Part shown: piece after piece, positions 11,019 to 21,124 of the stretch
Numbering within the stretch: the first letter of the stretch is position 1
How the letters are laid out: every line of letters begins with the position of its first letter
Virus record (IMG/VR): IMGVR_UViG_3300028364_000014
Location: 1-64,000 of that record
DNA: 64,000 nt
Strand: one strand, 5' to 3'
Position numbers and translations under genes: made by a program
Notes under the pieces: generated by a model
What the model saw: the letters and a program-made list of their open reading frames with translations, nothing else
Database searches by the model: none
What the model was told of the DNA's origin: nothing

Positions 11019-11789
11019 TTATTTTTTCTTAGTACTCGTGGATTTTTTAACTGGTGCCTTTTTAACACCTTCTTTAATAGAGGAATCATCTGTTGATTTA
11101 GGGGTTTCAATCTTACCAGGCTTATTTACATCTTTCTCCAAATCAACTAGTCTTGCTTTTTCAGCCTCTACAGAAGCCTGATTAATAATATCTGTTTGTA
11201 CTTCTTGCATTGCTACTGCCTCTGGTGTATTATCAAGAAAGTCAGACTCATATCCCTGCAAAAATAACATAACTTCATACCTTGATTTCAATGACAGTGC
11301 CTGATCTTTTGACGACAAAAAAGCATCATAATCTGGCCAAACCTTGGTACCGTCATCATACTCAATCATACGAGATGTTAGTGCCTCAAGTCTAGCGTCA
11401 TCCGCCATCTGCTCACAAGTGTTACTCATAGGACCACTAAGACGCTGATTCCACTGAAAAAGATTATCTCGTGCTTTAGAAATCTGAATTGCCAACTCAG
11501 CTTTTTCTTCATTATTGCTAGCTTCGCGTAGTCTAAGAATATACTCATTCAGAATAGTAGTTAACTCCTCTACTCTGTTTTCAAAAGCTTCTCCAATCAC
11601 CCCGCGCCTCTTAAGAATATCCAACATCTCTGCACTAGTAGTAATACCCTCCACTAAACAATTAGTGTATGTTTTACTATACTGCCAATCAGCCTTTCTA
11701 ATAGCATCAGCACTTGGAGTACCAATAAAATACTCTGTCTCATCCGTACCTAAAAAACTTCTTCGATCACTTAAATTTTCGTTACTCAT
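11019..11789 (-). CDS. Putative tail assembly chaperone (256 aa)
   Basis: ORF between tail tube and tape-measure gene; Lys-rich C-terminal tail; synteny only. Confidence 0.45.
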   Translation of the reverse strand: MSNENLSDRRSFLGTDETEYFIGTPSADAIRKADWQYSKTYTNCLVEGITTSAEMLDILKRRGVIGEAFENRVEELTTILNEYILRLREASNNEEKAELAIQISKARDNLFQWNQRLSGPMSNTCEQMADDARLEALTSRMIEYDDGTKVWPDYDAFLSSKDQALSLKSRYEVMLFLQGYESDFLDNTPEAVAMQEVQTDIINQASVEAEKARLVDLEKDVNKPGKIETPKSTDDSSIKEGVKKAPVKKSTSTKKK

Positions 11790-11804
11790 TTTTAATTTTC
11801 TCCT

Positions 11805-12059
11805 TTACCCTTTATTCCTAAACTCAATTACTTCTTCAGTGAGTCTGGTATATTCAATGTTATAGTTATCCAACTCTTTAGCCATATTTCGCATACAATT
11901 GTTCCCTGCCCTTAGGATTTTAGATCTTAATTGTTTAAAATTTTCTGTAGGACAAGCCACGTGTGCAAAATCTAAAGACTGCTCCATCATTTTAGTGATT
12001 TCTTTCCTAGTATCTTGTATTAATCTAGCTCTGCTAGCTTCAATATATTTTTTATCCAT
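11805..12059 (-). CDS. Hypothetical protein (84 aa) in tail module
   Basis: ORF with AAGG-like RBS, co-oriented with neighbours. Confidence 0.6.
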   Translation of the reverse strand: MDKKYIEASRARLIQDTRKEITKMMEQSLDFAHVACPTENFKQLRSKILRAGNNCMRNMAKELDNYNIEYTRLTEEVIEFRNKG

Positions 12060-12089
12060 AGCCCTTTTCCTTCCTTTACCGTATTTATA

Positions 12090-12113
12090 TAAGGGAGGGA
12101 ATTACCCCTCCCC
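12090..12113 (-). terminator. Stem-loop after tail tube gene, possible terminator
   Basis: GGGAGGGG-TAATT-CCCCTCCC perfect 8-bp hairpin just after the stop at 12123; weak U-tract. Confidence 0.45.
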
Positions 12114-12122
12114 TAATCAAAA

Positions 12123-13599
12123 TTATGCGTTACGCGCAAGCCTAGCTTTTGCAGTAGCATAATTAATATCACCTTTTATAACGTATAGATCATTAGTGGT
12201 TCTAAATCCAAAAGTCTGAGTAGCATTAGATCCAACATCTAGAGACATACCTTCATCAGTAATCTTCAGGTTTTTAACTACAACCGTTTTTAGAGCACGT
12301 TCAGTATCCCCAGCTGCATAGGTATCAAGAACACCGTCAAGGAAGTAATCCTCACCGTCAAGAGCAGAACCACTGACAACTTTTCTATCAGTACTAGTTC
12401 CTCCAGCCTCCTCATCTGTTTGTTCATATACCTTAACTACGAGGATAAGATTATCCTTAATCATAAGATCACTAAGTTTAATATCCCCCATAGTATCCAA
12501 ATCATCCAACTTTCCTGCAAACTTTGCCCAGTTCTCCAAATCACCAGCTGTAGTATCTACAGTCAATGTAATAGGAATAGGCATAGTTAGAGGTCTATCA
12601 TAAGGTCCTAAATGCCCTAACTCAGTAAGAGGCTCACGAGTCAAATCAACTGAAATATTAGCACTCGTCAAACGCCAAGCATTAGCAAACGCTGTAGCAG
12701 AAGAATCCGGATCTACGATATACACCTCTACCTGACCCTGTCTAAGGGCACCAACACTATCAGGTCTTTCAGTAGGCTCTTCAAGCTCAACAAAATAATT
12801 ATTAGTAGTAGGAGTATAAGCATCCGCAGAGTAAATCAACTGAAGCCTGTCACCATCTGCTGGAGCATTAGTTCCTGTAGGTAGATAAAGCTTATGTTGT
12901 GCTGGCATAGTGGTATTATCATAAACATAAGTAGTCGCAGCAGCTGCCGTGCCGGTTACAACCTCAACGTTAATCATCTCATTTTTACTTTCATCGAACC
13001 AAGTAACAGCAGGAGCTCCACTATCACTCTTCCGTAGAAAACCAAGCCCTGTAGTTAGTGTAGCTACATCATTACCAGCCCCTAAGGTCATCATAACAAA
13101 TCCATCTGTTAGAGCCCCAGCTGATAAAAGGGTAAACTCCTCGTAGTTTACAAACCTACCATCATTTAACAACCACATCTTGTTATCAGTCTCTGCTCCA
13201 TAATTCTCTGTAGCATTTGCTCCAGTAGAGTAACTAAATTCGAGACTATTAACAAAAAGCTCATCAAGAAACAATGTCTGATCAATATTATTAGACAATG
13301 TTCCAATAGAACATTCCTCTTGTACTGGTGCCCATAAAGTTACACCAGGCAAGTTACCACAAGTTACTGCAAAGTCTGCTAGAGATACCCCATGCAGATA
13401 ATTAGCAGTCCCTGTTGGATCTGATACCAAATTCGCATTACCATCAACTGCGGTAATAGCCATCTCAACCTTGGCTGGGATAACCTGAGCCAATGTGGCT
13501 AAAGTCTTAACATCCCCAAAGTCATTAGTGTTCAATGTTACTGAAACGGCAGGGACATCATCTACTACGTCGATTATATCTAAGTGACCAAGCTCAAAT
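12123..13599 (-). CDS. Major tail (tube) protein, exon 2 (spliced product about 528 aa)
   Basis: Joining exon 1 (...GAC AT) to 13599 (A TTT GAG...) gives the continuous frame TSEDIFELGHLDIIDVVDDVPAVSVTLNTNDFG, in frame with track ORF 12123..13535. Beta-rich, Thr/Asp/Gly-rich, at the tail-tube position. Confidence 0.8.
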
Positions 13600-14665
13600 C
13601 ATTCTGTTACTTTTAGTGACCTCAGCTTTACCTGTTAGGCGGGGAAAGTTCTTCGACTCTCCCTCTTGGCGTCTCCGCCAAGTTCAGACTGTACCTTCAC
13701 CCTTTTTAAAAGGGGTTTCACACGCAGTCGTTGGGGAACAAATTTATAATGTATACATTCTGGTAATATATATGTTACCATATCCAGTAAATCATGTAAG
13801 TATTTAGTTTTACCTAGTCTTATAGTACTATTATAAGTATCAATACTTATAGTACCTTTAAAAAATTTACGTAAAGCTACTATTAAGACCTCTATTTCTT
13901 CTAAAGTAAAACTACATGTAGCAATTGAACCTCTTAAGGCTGTTTTACTACCATGAAAAGAAAAACTTCCATCATCAGCTAACCAAATACAAAGAGCTAA
14001 TAAATCTAAATCTTCTATTACATCAGTAATTACTCTTTTTTTACCTTTAACATAAAACTTATTAAAGTACTCAGTTATATCTGGATGAGCAATTGTGTTA
14101 ATAAAATAGTAACCTGAAGAGTATGAATTTTTACCATTAATAATTTTAGGTCCTGGTTTTTCTGCTAAAGTTATTTTTTTAACAAATGGAGATAATAAAT
14201 CTTTTTTCCATTTTAAGTAATCTAATTGTTTAGTACAATGACCAATTTGCAATCTAGCATTTTTAGATTTCCTATTCTTTAGCAAAGAGCCGTCTCCTAA
14301 AATAGAGCCTAATATAACAGATCTATGAACATCTGATATTTCTACAGATCTTAACTCTTCATAAACAGTCATACAACTAGGTAAAAGTTCTATATCATAA
14401 GATTTATACCACGAATATATAGTACTATAGGGTATAGATAACTCTGTAGCAACTTTGGCCACAGATTTATGACAATCTATTAATTCTTGAAGTTTTTCTT
14501 TACTTACTTTATTTCTTTTCATTATAAATCCTTTCCTGCGGATTGTCTATATCTTTAAGATTATTACTACCAATTCAGGTTAGTACCTAAAGCTTAACTA
14601 GAGTTTCCCGCATACCGTGAAATTTTTTCTCTTACTTGTTACCAAATAAGGGACACATTTAGTTT
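13600..14665 (-). ncRNA. Group I intron (1066 nt) interrupting the tail tube gene
   Basis: P1 GGACAU/GUGUCC with U.G at the 5' splice site; P10-like AAAU/AUUU; core elements GCGGGAAACUC, GACAAUCCGCAGG, ACGACUGCG, AAGGUACAGUCUG; terminal G at 13600; splicing restores the frame. Confidence 0.9.
13635..14522 (-). CDS. Intron-encoded LAGLIDADG homing endonuclease with N-terminal HTH
   Basis: Two motifs, VILGSILGDGSL and LCIWLADDGSF; the ORF reads through the 3' half of the intron core. Confidence 0.88.
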   Translation of the reverse strand: MKRNKVSKEKLQELIDCHKSVAKVATELSIPYSTIYSWYKSYDIELLPSCMTVYEELRSVEISDVHRSVILGSILGDGSLLKNRKSKNARLQIGHCTKQLDYLKWKKDLLSPFVKKITLAEKPGPKIINGKNSYSSGYYFINTIAHPDITEYFNKFYVKGKKRVITDVIEDLDLLALCIWLADDGSFSFHGSKTALRGSIATCSFTLEEIEVLIVALRKFFKGTISIDTYNSTIRLGKTKYLHDLLDMVTYILPECIHYKFVPQRLRVKPLLKRVKVQSELGGDAKRESRRTFPA

Positions 14666-14775
14666 ATGTCCTCGCTCGTAAATGATGTCGTGGTTCCTAG
14701 AGACTGTACTCGATAGAGCACTTCTCCATTAACCCAAACTGATTGTGAAGCATAGATTATTCTATTTCTTGCCAT
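14666..14775 (-). CDS. Major tail (tube) protein, exon 1
   Basis: AGGAGG RBS, ATG at 14775, MARNRIIYASQSVWVNGEVLYRVQSLGTTTSFTSED plus 2 nt; missed by the ORF track. Confidence 0.85.
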
Positions 14776-14867
14776 GTTTTAAATCCTCCTGTTAATTTTT
14801 TTTTATACTGCTTTCAGGTTGGTATGATAATTCATGTCCGTATTACCAGTTATATATTGAGGCTTTA

Positions 14868-15929
14868 CTATACAACCGATAACCTTTCCTTTATATTATA
14901 TCTTTTATACAAAATTGATTGATACCAATTCTTATGCCAAGTTCTATCTTTATTGGCTTTACTATTACAAGAACGACAGATGGTTATTAAATTACTTGGG
15001 TTACAGTTCTTTTTATCATAATCAATGTGATGAATTGTTAAATCCTTTGGATTTTTAGAATTACAGTACGGATTTAAACATTTATTTCCATCACGATTTC
15101 TTATGTCTTGTTTGTATTCTTTATCCTTCCAGGCTTCACAGTACGGCTCAAAGGTGATACCACCCTTCCAATTATAGTTTTTATCCCCTGATATACTTAT
15201 AAAATAGCAATCAGGGCATCTATGTCCAGACGACCAATCTTTCCAATTTATAGAGTTATAATGCCCTTTAGAACATTTATACTTTAATTTAGTACGTGCA
15301 TTTTTATACTCATTACTCAATAAAATATATTCCTCACTTTCAAAGGATTTTCTTATTTCATATATTGTGGGCATTATTTTAGCCATATAACACTTTGAAC
15401 ACCTAGAGCTATTACGATTCCAATTTTCCCAACTTACTTTGTAAACATGCCCTTTTGGGCATATAGAAATAAGTTTACTATTTCTATTAATATATTTATC
15501 ACTTAATAAAGTATAACCTTCTAACTCAAAAGAAGCTTTTATTTTTTTAAATGATGCCCTCTTTTTACCAGAGCACTCCATACACCTATTACCAAGTAAC
15601 CAATTATTCCAAATAACACTACCTAAATGCCCTTTAGGACAAATATACTTTAATTTACTTTTAGAATTTATATATTTATCAGTTAAAAGTACATAGCCAG
15701 CATCATTAAAAGAGGCTCTCACAAAATCGATAGATAATTTCCTATTACCTACACATTTAGAACATCTTACACCCTTTCTTAAATGATCTATACGCATACT
15801 ACCCTCGTGCCCTTTGTCGCAAACATATTTAAAAGATTGTCTAGAATTAACGTATACGGTTGACACTAAAGTATACTTAATTTCTTGAAACTCTTTTCTA
15901 ACTCTCTCTATTGTTAATTTTGAAGGCAT
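14868..15929 (-). CDS. HNH homing endonuclease, family A (CxKGH zinc-ribbon repeats)
   Basis: Repeated YxCxKGH...W..W....RCxxC units; C-terminal LTIHHIDYDKKNCNPSNLITICRSCN. Confidence 0.85.
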   Translation of the reverse strand: MPSKLTIERVRKEFQEIKYTLVSTVYVNSRQSFKYVCDKGHEGSMRIDHLRKGVRCSKCVGNRKLSIDFVRASFNDAGYVLLTDKYINSKSKLKYICPKGHLGSVIWNNWLLGNRCMECSGKKRASFKKIKASFELEGYTLLSDKYINRNSKLISICPKGHVYKVSWENWNRNSSRCSKCYMAKIMPTIYEIRKSFESEEYILLSNEYKNARTKLKYKCSKGHYNSINWKDWSSGHRCPDCYFISISGDKNYNWKGGITFEPYCEAWKDKEYKQDIRNRDGNKCLNPYCNSKNPKDLTIHHIDYDKKNCNPSNLITICRSCNSKANKDRTWHKNWYQSILYKRYNIKERLSVV

Positions 15930-15945
15930 ACTGTGACCCTTTCCT

Positions 15946-16986
15946 TTATTTCCTTGTATAAGTCTCTATTTCAAAACTTATTCGTGACCTATAAGCATTA
16001 AGATCACTAAGTATTACTTCATTAGTGCTACGAGACATTACTAACGGTAAATTAATATGTCTAGCAGAAACTTTACTAAAAGTCATATTACCGTGCGTAA
16101 CTCCTAAATCATCTAAAGAGGTTCTATTAAATAGAGAGGTTAGTTTATTAGAAGTTTTCTTTCTACCATAAAAAGTACCATCATAATCTAGTACATCCCC
16201 AGTAGGAAAGTTATATATAGGAGCGGATTTCAAATATAAACTATCATATATAGTTTCTACTAAATCGTTTCGCTCCGAAGGACTACTAGCAAACACATGT
16301 ATATCTACTTTTCGCTGAATCTTTTTACCAGCGCCTAATTGATACCCCTCTTTGTCTGTGCCATGCATGTCTACCACTACTACTGGAGGCTCTGCTGCCT
16401 CAATAGCCGCCCATTCATCGACAACACTTACGTAGTTCCAATAATAATCTATATACCGAGGAATAACCTTATTATTATCAAAAATAACCCTACCATCTTT
16501 GTAATCTATCATATACTCTGTACCAGAAATTACTACAAAATTTTCATCATAAACCTCTACCCTGTTTGATTGTTCAGGAGTACCTACACACTTATTACCA
16601 CCAAATACCATAATCCCAGAACAATTAGTAATCCCACTTTCAGTAGTATAATAACTACCGTCTGAGTATAAACATCCTGAAACAGAAGTATCAAGATCCC
16701 TACCTTGTACTGTAACAAATTCAGGAACACATGTAGAATTCAAATACTGACATTCTCCGTTTTTATCATAAGATGGGCAGTCAAAAAATACCCAACCACG
16801 TCCCCTATCATTAGGACTAGGAAGAGTATTAGACATAGCTTGGTACACATAACTTCCAGCACAAGTTAAATGCTCCATAATCTGTAAAGAAACTTGTTCG
16901 TCTTTCTCAATAAAATTCCTGAGAGCGGTGTCTTTTATATACCTATATAAACTTAGATCTTCTTTTCTTAACTGGGTCATCTCCAT
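15946..16986 (-). CDS. Putative tail completion/terminator protein (346 aa)
   Basis: Position before tail tube; C-terminal VDIHVFASSPSERNDLVETIYDSL resembles tail-terminator-like proteins. Confidence 0.45.
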   Translation of the reverse strand: MEMTQLRKEDLSLYRYIKDTALRNFIEKDEQVSLQIMEHLTCAGSYVYQAMSNTLPSPNDRGRGWVFFDCPSYDKNGECQYLNSTCVPEFVTVQGRDLDTSVSGCLYSDGSYYTTESGITNCSGIMVFGGNKCVGTPEQSNRVEVYDENFVVISGTEYMIDYKDGRVIFDNNKVIPRYIDYYWNYVSVVDEWAAIEAAEPPVVVVDMHGTDKEGYQLGAGKKIQRKVDIHVFASSPSERNDLVETIYDSLYLKSAPIYNFPTGDVLDYDGTFYGRKKTSNKLTSLFNRTSLDDLGVTHGNMTFSKVSARHINLPLVMSRSTNEVILSDLNAYRSRISFEIETYTRK

Positions 16987-16996
16987 AACAAGCTCC

Positions 16997-17629
16997 TTAA
17001 TATTTTGTTTTGATCAGTCTAGTGCTTTTTTCGTTTGCTTCGTCTATCCAAGCGTCTATATTTTCCTCATAATACTCATCTGCGGCGCCAAATACTTCGT
17101 CTTCTAGAGGCGGTACATTAGAAAAAGGAAATTTAATCAATTCTCGACTTAAAACAGTTTTCTCTTTATTTTTAAGACTAGGAGTATACTGTATTATATA
17201 TACTCGTTTTTTTCTTGGAACAGTAGAGTCGATAGGATCAGCATTAATAGTTGTTTTACCTGTTATTTTTTCCAAATCATCATGACTAACCTCTACATAA
17301 GTACCAGGAGTACCCTCTAAAATACGTTCTATTATTTTCATACCATTAAAGTCAAAATTTAATAGATCAGGTAAAATAATACGTACACCAGTAGTAGGAT
17401 GTTCCCCTATAAACTTAAATGCATCAAGAGACTCTTGAAATATTTTTCTAAATAAAGCAGGATCGGTGTTACTGTTTGGATCAGTTATCCTATCAGAAAG
17501 CCCATCAAAACCTGTCAATATAAGGTCTTTAAAATTAGGTACTTCAGCCACTAAACGCTCTTTTAAATGATAAGTAAAAGCACGTTCTATATCTTTTACT
17601 ACCCTAGTTATTCTAGAAGAATCAGCCAT
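16997..17629 (-). CDS. Putative neck/tail completion protein (210 aa)
   Basis: Synteny within the head-tail joining block. Confidence 0.4.
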   Translation of the reverse strand: MADSSRITRVVKDIERAFTYHLKERLVAEVPNFKDLILTGFDGLSDRITDPNSNTDPALFRKIFQESLDAFKFIGEHPTTGVRIILPDLLNFDFNGMKIIERILEGTPGTYVEVSHDDLEKITGKTTINADPIDSTVPRKKRVYIIQYTPSLKNKEKTVLSRELIKFPFSNVPPLEDEVFGAADEYYEENIDAWIDEANEKSTRLIKTKY

Positions 17630-18222
17630 TAACTACTATAATCCTTTATTATCTCATCACTATCAATACTAGGCTTATCAGTAGTAAACGCAGTTATTAC
17701 TAACACAGTTTGATTACCTAGACCTCTTAATACTGGGGGCTTAGATAACTTACAATTTACACCGTCGACTACTAATTTTTTACAATTTTTAAATGTATCA
17801 AAATTTTTAGGATCTGTTTTTAATTGAACTACTGATGACCCCTCAGAACCGGCTGGTGTATAAACCATCTTATTTCTATCATCAGGATTCCAAGTAATCA
17901 AACAATTTGTATAAACTTTACGAGGTGTTTCTAAAAACCCTTTACCTAGACATATAGGGCACCTACCTACTTTAAAATATTTAAACTGTAAAGACATATT
18001 ACCATCAGCTAACCATTCAGACTGTTTAATTTTTGCCTCAAGGGCAGTCCACTTACACTTACCTGTAGAGCTATCTGTGCCTTTATCATAATAACAATTA
18101 CTACATTGACTTTTTATAGATTGTTTATAAACAAGCACTTTTCTACTTAAACATTTTATAACGTCCCTCATAGCCGTACGAAATCTGTTTTTTGTTTTTG
18201 GGCTAATACGTCCACGAGCCAT
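17629..18222 (-). CDS. Putative head closure/neck protein with Cys pairs (197 aa)
   Basis: Synteny; CSNC and CPIC motifs; overlapping start/stop with neighbour. Confidence 0.4.
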   Translation of the reverse strand: MARGRISPKTKNRFRTAMRDVIKCLSRKVLVYKQSIKSQCSNCYYDKGTDSSTGKCKWTALEAKIKQSEWLADGNMSLQFKYFKVGRCPICLGKGFLETPRKVYTNCLITWNPDDRNKMVYTPAGSEGSSVVQLKTDPKNFDTFKNCKKLVVDGVNCKLSKPPVLRGLGNQTVLVITAFTTDKPSIDSDEIIKDYSS

Positions 18223-18236
18223 ATTAAGCTCTCCTT

Positions 18237-19085
18237 TTAATATCTATTTTTAATTATTGCTCTATACCAAGCTTTGTGCCACGTTCTATTTTTATTAGCC
18301 ATAGAATTGCACGATCTGCAAATTGTTATTAGATTACTTGGTTTGCAATTTTTTTTATTATAATCTATATGATGAATAGTTAGATCATTTGGATTTTTAG
18401 AATTGCAATACGGATTTAAGCATTTATTATTGTCACGATCTCTTATACTTTGTTTGTATTCTTTGTCTTTCCAAACTTCACAATAAGGTTCGAACGAGAT
18501 ACCACCTTTCCAATTATAATGACCAGTGCCTGCATTCTTAATATGTGAACAAGTAGGGCATCTGTATCCTTGCTGCCAATCAGCCCAAGTAATTAAATGT
18601 GTGTGCCCTTCCTTACACGTGTAACCTAACTTATCTTTACTACGTTTATATTTATCAGATATAAGTGTATACCCTTCTTTTTCAAAAGATTTTTTAACTG
18701 TGCTTAGAGTTGGCTTACCTTGTCCTACGCAATAAGGACATCTGTGTCCTTGCTGCCAATCAGTCCAAGTAATAGAATGCTTATGCCCCTTAGAACAAAT
18801 ATAATCTAACTTAGTGTAAGCGTTTTTATATACTTTAGAAACAAGTATATAATTAGCATTATTAAAACAAGTTCTTACATATTCAATAACAAGAGTAGTA
18901 TTTCCTACACAAGTAGGGCATCTATGGATTTGTTGCCAATCATTCCAAGCAATGCTGTGCTTATGTCCTTTAGGACAACTATAGTCTAACTTATGTTTAT
19001 TATTGATATACACTTCACTAAGCAAAACATAACCTTCTTTTTCAAAAGAATCTTTTACGTATTCTATTGTTAATTTTTTACCCAT
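18237..19085 (-). CDS. HNH homing endonuclease, family A
   Basis: CPKGH/CSKGH repeats; LTIHHIDYNKKNCKPSNLITICRSCN. Confidence 0.85.
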   Translation of the reverse strand: MGKKLTIEYVKDSFEKEGYVLLSEVYINNKHKLDYSCPKGHKHSIAWNDWQQIHRCPTCVGNTTLVIEYVRTCFNNANYILVSKVYKNAYTKLDYICSKGHKHSITWTDWQQGHRCPYCVGQGKPTLSTVKKSFEKEGYTLISDKYKRSKDKLGYTCKEGHTHLITWADWQQGYRCPTCSHIKNAGTGHYNWKGGISFEPYCEVWKDKEYKQSIRDRDNNKCLNPYCNSKNPNDLTIHHIDYNKKNCKPSNLITICRSCNSMANKNRTWHKAWYRAIIKNRY

Positions 19086-19088
19086 AGT

Positions 19089-20093
19089 CTAATCAACTCT
19101 AACCCCCGTAATTCCTTTCAACATTAACGAATTCACTACCTCATCTAAATCTTTCTTCAGGTCATCCAACAACATTTTTCTAATTTTTAAGCCGGCTTCT
19201 GGGTTATAGGAAGATCCTTCATCTTTTATGAAGCTCCCATCTTCAGTAGCGTCCTCCCATAACTCTTTACGCAGTAAGTCTATAGCAGTCTGTAATATAT
19301 ACGCCTGAGAAGTAGCTGTAACAGTTGTTAGCCCAGTAGGAGGCATTACAGTATCATACGCCTCCATAATCTCTCTATCAGAATGCCTAAAAGAGTGGTA
19401 AAAAATATCTACCCCGTGTTCGATCTCTTTTATTGTATCTGTACCACAAATATTAGTTATACCTGAACAAGTTATACATACCTCATCTATGTACTCTTGA
19501 AACTTAAGATACTTATAACCATTTACTGAAGGATTTAAAGTGTCTATAAAAGACTTACCCCCCATAGTTATAAAAACCGGCCATCCTTTTTGATCAAGCT
19601 GAAAAGTTTTACCATCAGGATGAATAGATGATTGAGCTTCAACTCCGTATTCTCTTATAAGTGATAAAGGGTCACCTATATACAACCTTATTCTATTTAT
19701 AATACGTTGATTATCTGTATCATATAAGACTTCTCTGGGGAATTCCGGATTATAATAAAGATCCCCAGTCTCTCCTAGTATTGGAGATGACCACCCATTA
19801 GCAGCACTAATAGTATCAATACCACTTTCAGTAGTAACCATAATATACCTAGAACTATACCAATCACTGAAGTTACCGTCAGTATCATAAGTTTGATAGA
19901 AAGTCTGACCTGCGTGTAATGCAATAGGTATTGGAAAAGTCTCTGACCCTAATACAGTTACCCAATCAATTAAATCCTCAGTAGGGTTTGGTGGCTGATC
20001 CGGTTCATTGCCTGCGTACTTAGCAATCTGTATATAGTTATACGCTGTAAGTACTGTAGCTATATTATCAACTGTAAACGATAAACTTATCAT
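19089..20093 (-). CDS. Putative head-tail adaptor (334 aa)
   Basis: Position after MCP block; IINRIRLYIGD motif typical of connector-like proteins. Confidence 0.45.
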   Translation of the reverse strand: MISLSFTVDNIATVLTAYNYIQIAKYAGNEPDQPPNPTEDLIDWVTVLGSETFPIPIALHAGQTFYQTYDTDGNFSDWYSSRYIMVTTESGIDTISAANGWSSPILGETGDLYYNPEFPREVLYDTDNQRIINRIRLYIGDPLSLIREYGVEAQSSIHPDGKTFQLDQKGWPVFITMGGKSFIDTLNPSVNGYKYLKFQEYIDEVCITCSGITNICGTDTIKEIEHGVDIFYHSFRHSDREIMEAYDTVMPPTGLTTVTATSQAYILQTAIDLLRKELWEDATEDGSFIKDEGSSYNPEAGLKIRKMLLDDLKKDLDEVVNSLMLKGITGVRVD

Positions 20094-20210
20094 GTATTCT
20101 CCTTAGTATTATGTATTCAGTAGTAAGTCAGTATCAATCACCGTAGTCTGCTCCCAATACCGAAATAATTATCTGCAAAAACCAACTAGTTATAAGCAGG
20201 TTACATAAAT

Positions 20211-20245
20211 AAAAAAAGGACCATACGCTAATAAACGCACAGCCC
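20211..20245 (-). terminator. Rho-independent terminator
   Basis: GGGCTGTGCG-TTTATTAG-CGTATGGTCC followed by T7 on the minus strand. Confidence 0.7.
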
Positions 20246-20270
20246 TTTAATAGGTCATAACTAATTTTAT

Positions 20271-20747
20271 TTATCTTGAAATCTGTAATTCACGTACTCT
20301 CTTATGTAATAATTTACATAGACTATCCTTTCCAGTAAGCTGATTAGCCTCTTTCAAAGCGTATCTTAGTAAATTAAGATTAGTAATTTTTGGTAAAGCT
20401 TCTCTTGCTTTTCTTACAGATAATGACGTTATATCATCTACAGTAGTCTCCTTACTAACCATCGGAGGTACATTACTGCCCCCTTGGCTTCTTGTTTGAG
20501 GTTCTACCGGAATATCAACTTCTAACTTATCCAAATCTTCATTATAGACAATCTTCCAAGTAGTTTTATCCGGTAGCTTTACATCTTTAAGCCAACTAAT
20601 AAATTGTTCATTAGGAGGCATACCGTGCTTTTTACCGTACTGCTCAAAAAGATCTTGAAGTGCAATTTCTCCTCCAGGGCGTACAGACCTTTTCATAGCG
20701 TATGCCCAATTAGGTGTAATGTTCTTAACATATCCTCGCATAATCAT
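20271..20747 (-). CDS. Hypothetical protein (158 aa), C-terminal small helical domain
   Basis: ORF with RBS; C-terminal segment resembles Rho-N/LEM-like helices (weak). Confidence 0.5.
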   Translation of the reverse strand: MIMRGYVKNITPNWAYAMKRSVRPGGEIALQDLFEQYGKKHGMPPNEQFISWLKDVKLPDKTTWKIVYNEDLDKLEVDIPVEPQTRSQGGSNVPPMVSKETTVDDITSLSVRKAREALPKITNLNLLRYALKEANQLTGKDSLCKLLHKRVRELQISR

Positions 20748-20788
20748 AATAGTTTTCTCCTTTTCTGTTTGTTAATTACCTTGTCCTT

Positions 20789-21106
20789 TTAATTAGTTCT
20801 TGTTTTATCTATCAAATTATGTATTAAATTTGATAAACGGTGTATAATAAGTCCTGTAATAAAAAATAAAATCGGTGTATAATCAGAATTTAATACTAAC
20901 ACCAGTGAAAAAAAACCAGCCCAAACTGAAAAACAATACCCACAATCTATAAGCTCATGGAAAAAGCTAAATACTCTACTATTTTGTCCACGATCAAATA
21001 ACCATTTTCTCATTGGCCAAAAAAGCTCAGATTTAACCACTAATTCAGTTAATGCTTCAGTTAGTATCACAGCCATTACGATATTATACATAAATATATA
21101 CATCAA
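20789..21106 (-). CDS. DUF1360-like membrane protein
   Basis: Hydrophobic segments and LIDCGYCFSVW, matching the CxxCxSVW pattern of DUF1360. Confidence 0.6.
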   Translation of the reverse strand: MMYIFMYNIVMAVILTEALTELVVKSELFWPMRKWLFDRGQNSRVFSFFHELIDCGYCFSVWAGFFSLVLVLNSDYTPILFFITGLIIHRLSNLIHNLIDKTRTN

Positions 21107-21124
21107 TACCTACTTATTATAAAG

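Noticed and set aside
10995-11030. Programmed frameshift or readthrough between the tail chaperone genes (lambda G/GT type)
   Set aside because: AAG AAA AAA TAA is not an in-phase X XXY YYZ heptamer. The downstream ATG is in the same frame 12 nt after TAA, but UAA readthrough is rare and this phasing arises by chance one time in three.
12123-13535. Track call of a complete 470-aa gene starting at TTG 13535
   Set aside because: No RBS; the frame continues upstream to the intron 3' end and joins exon 1
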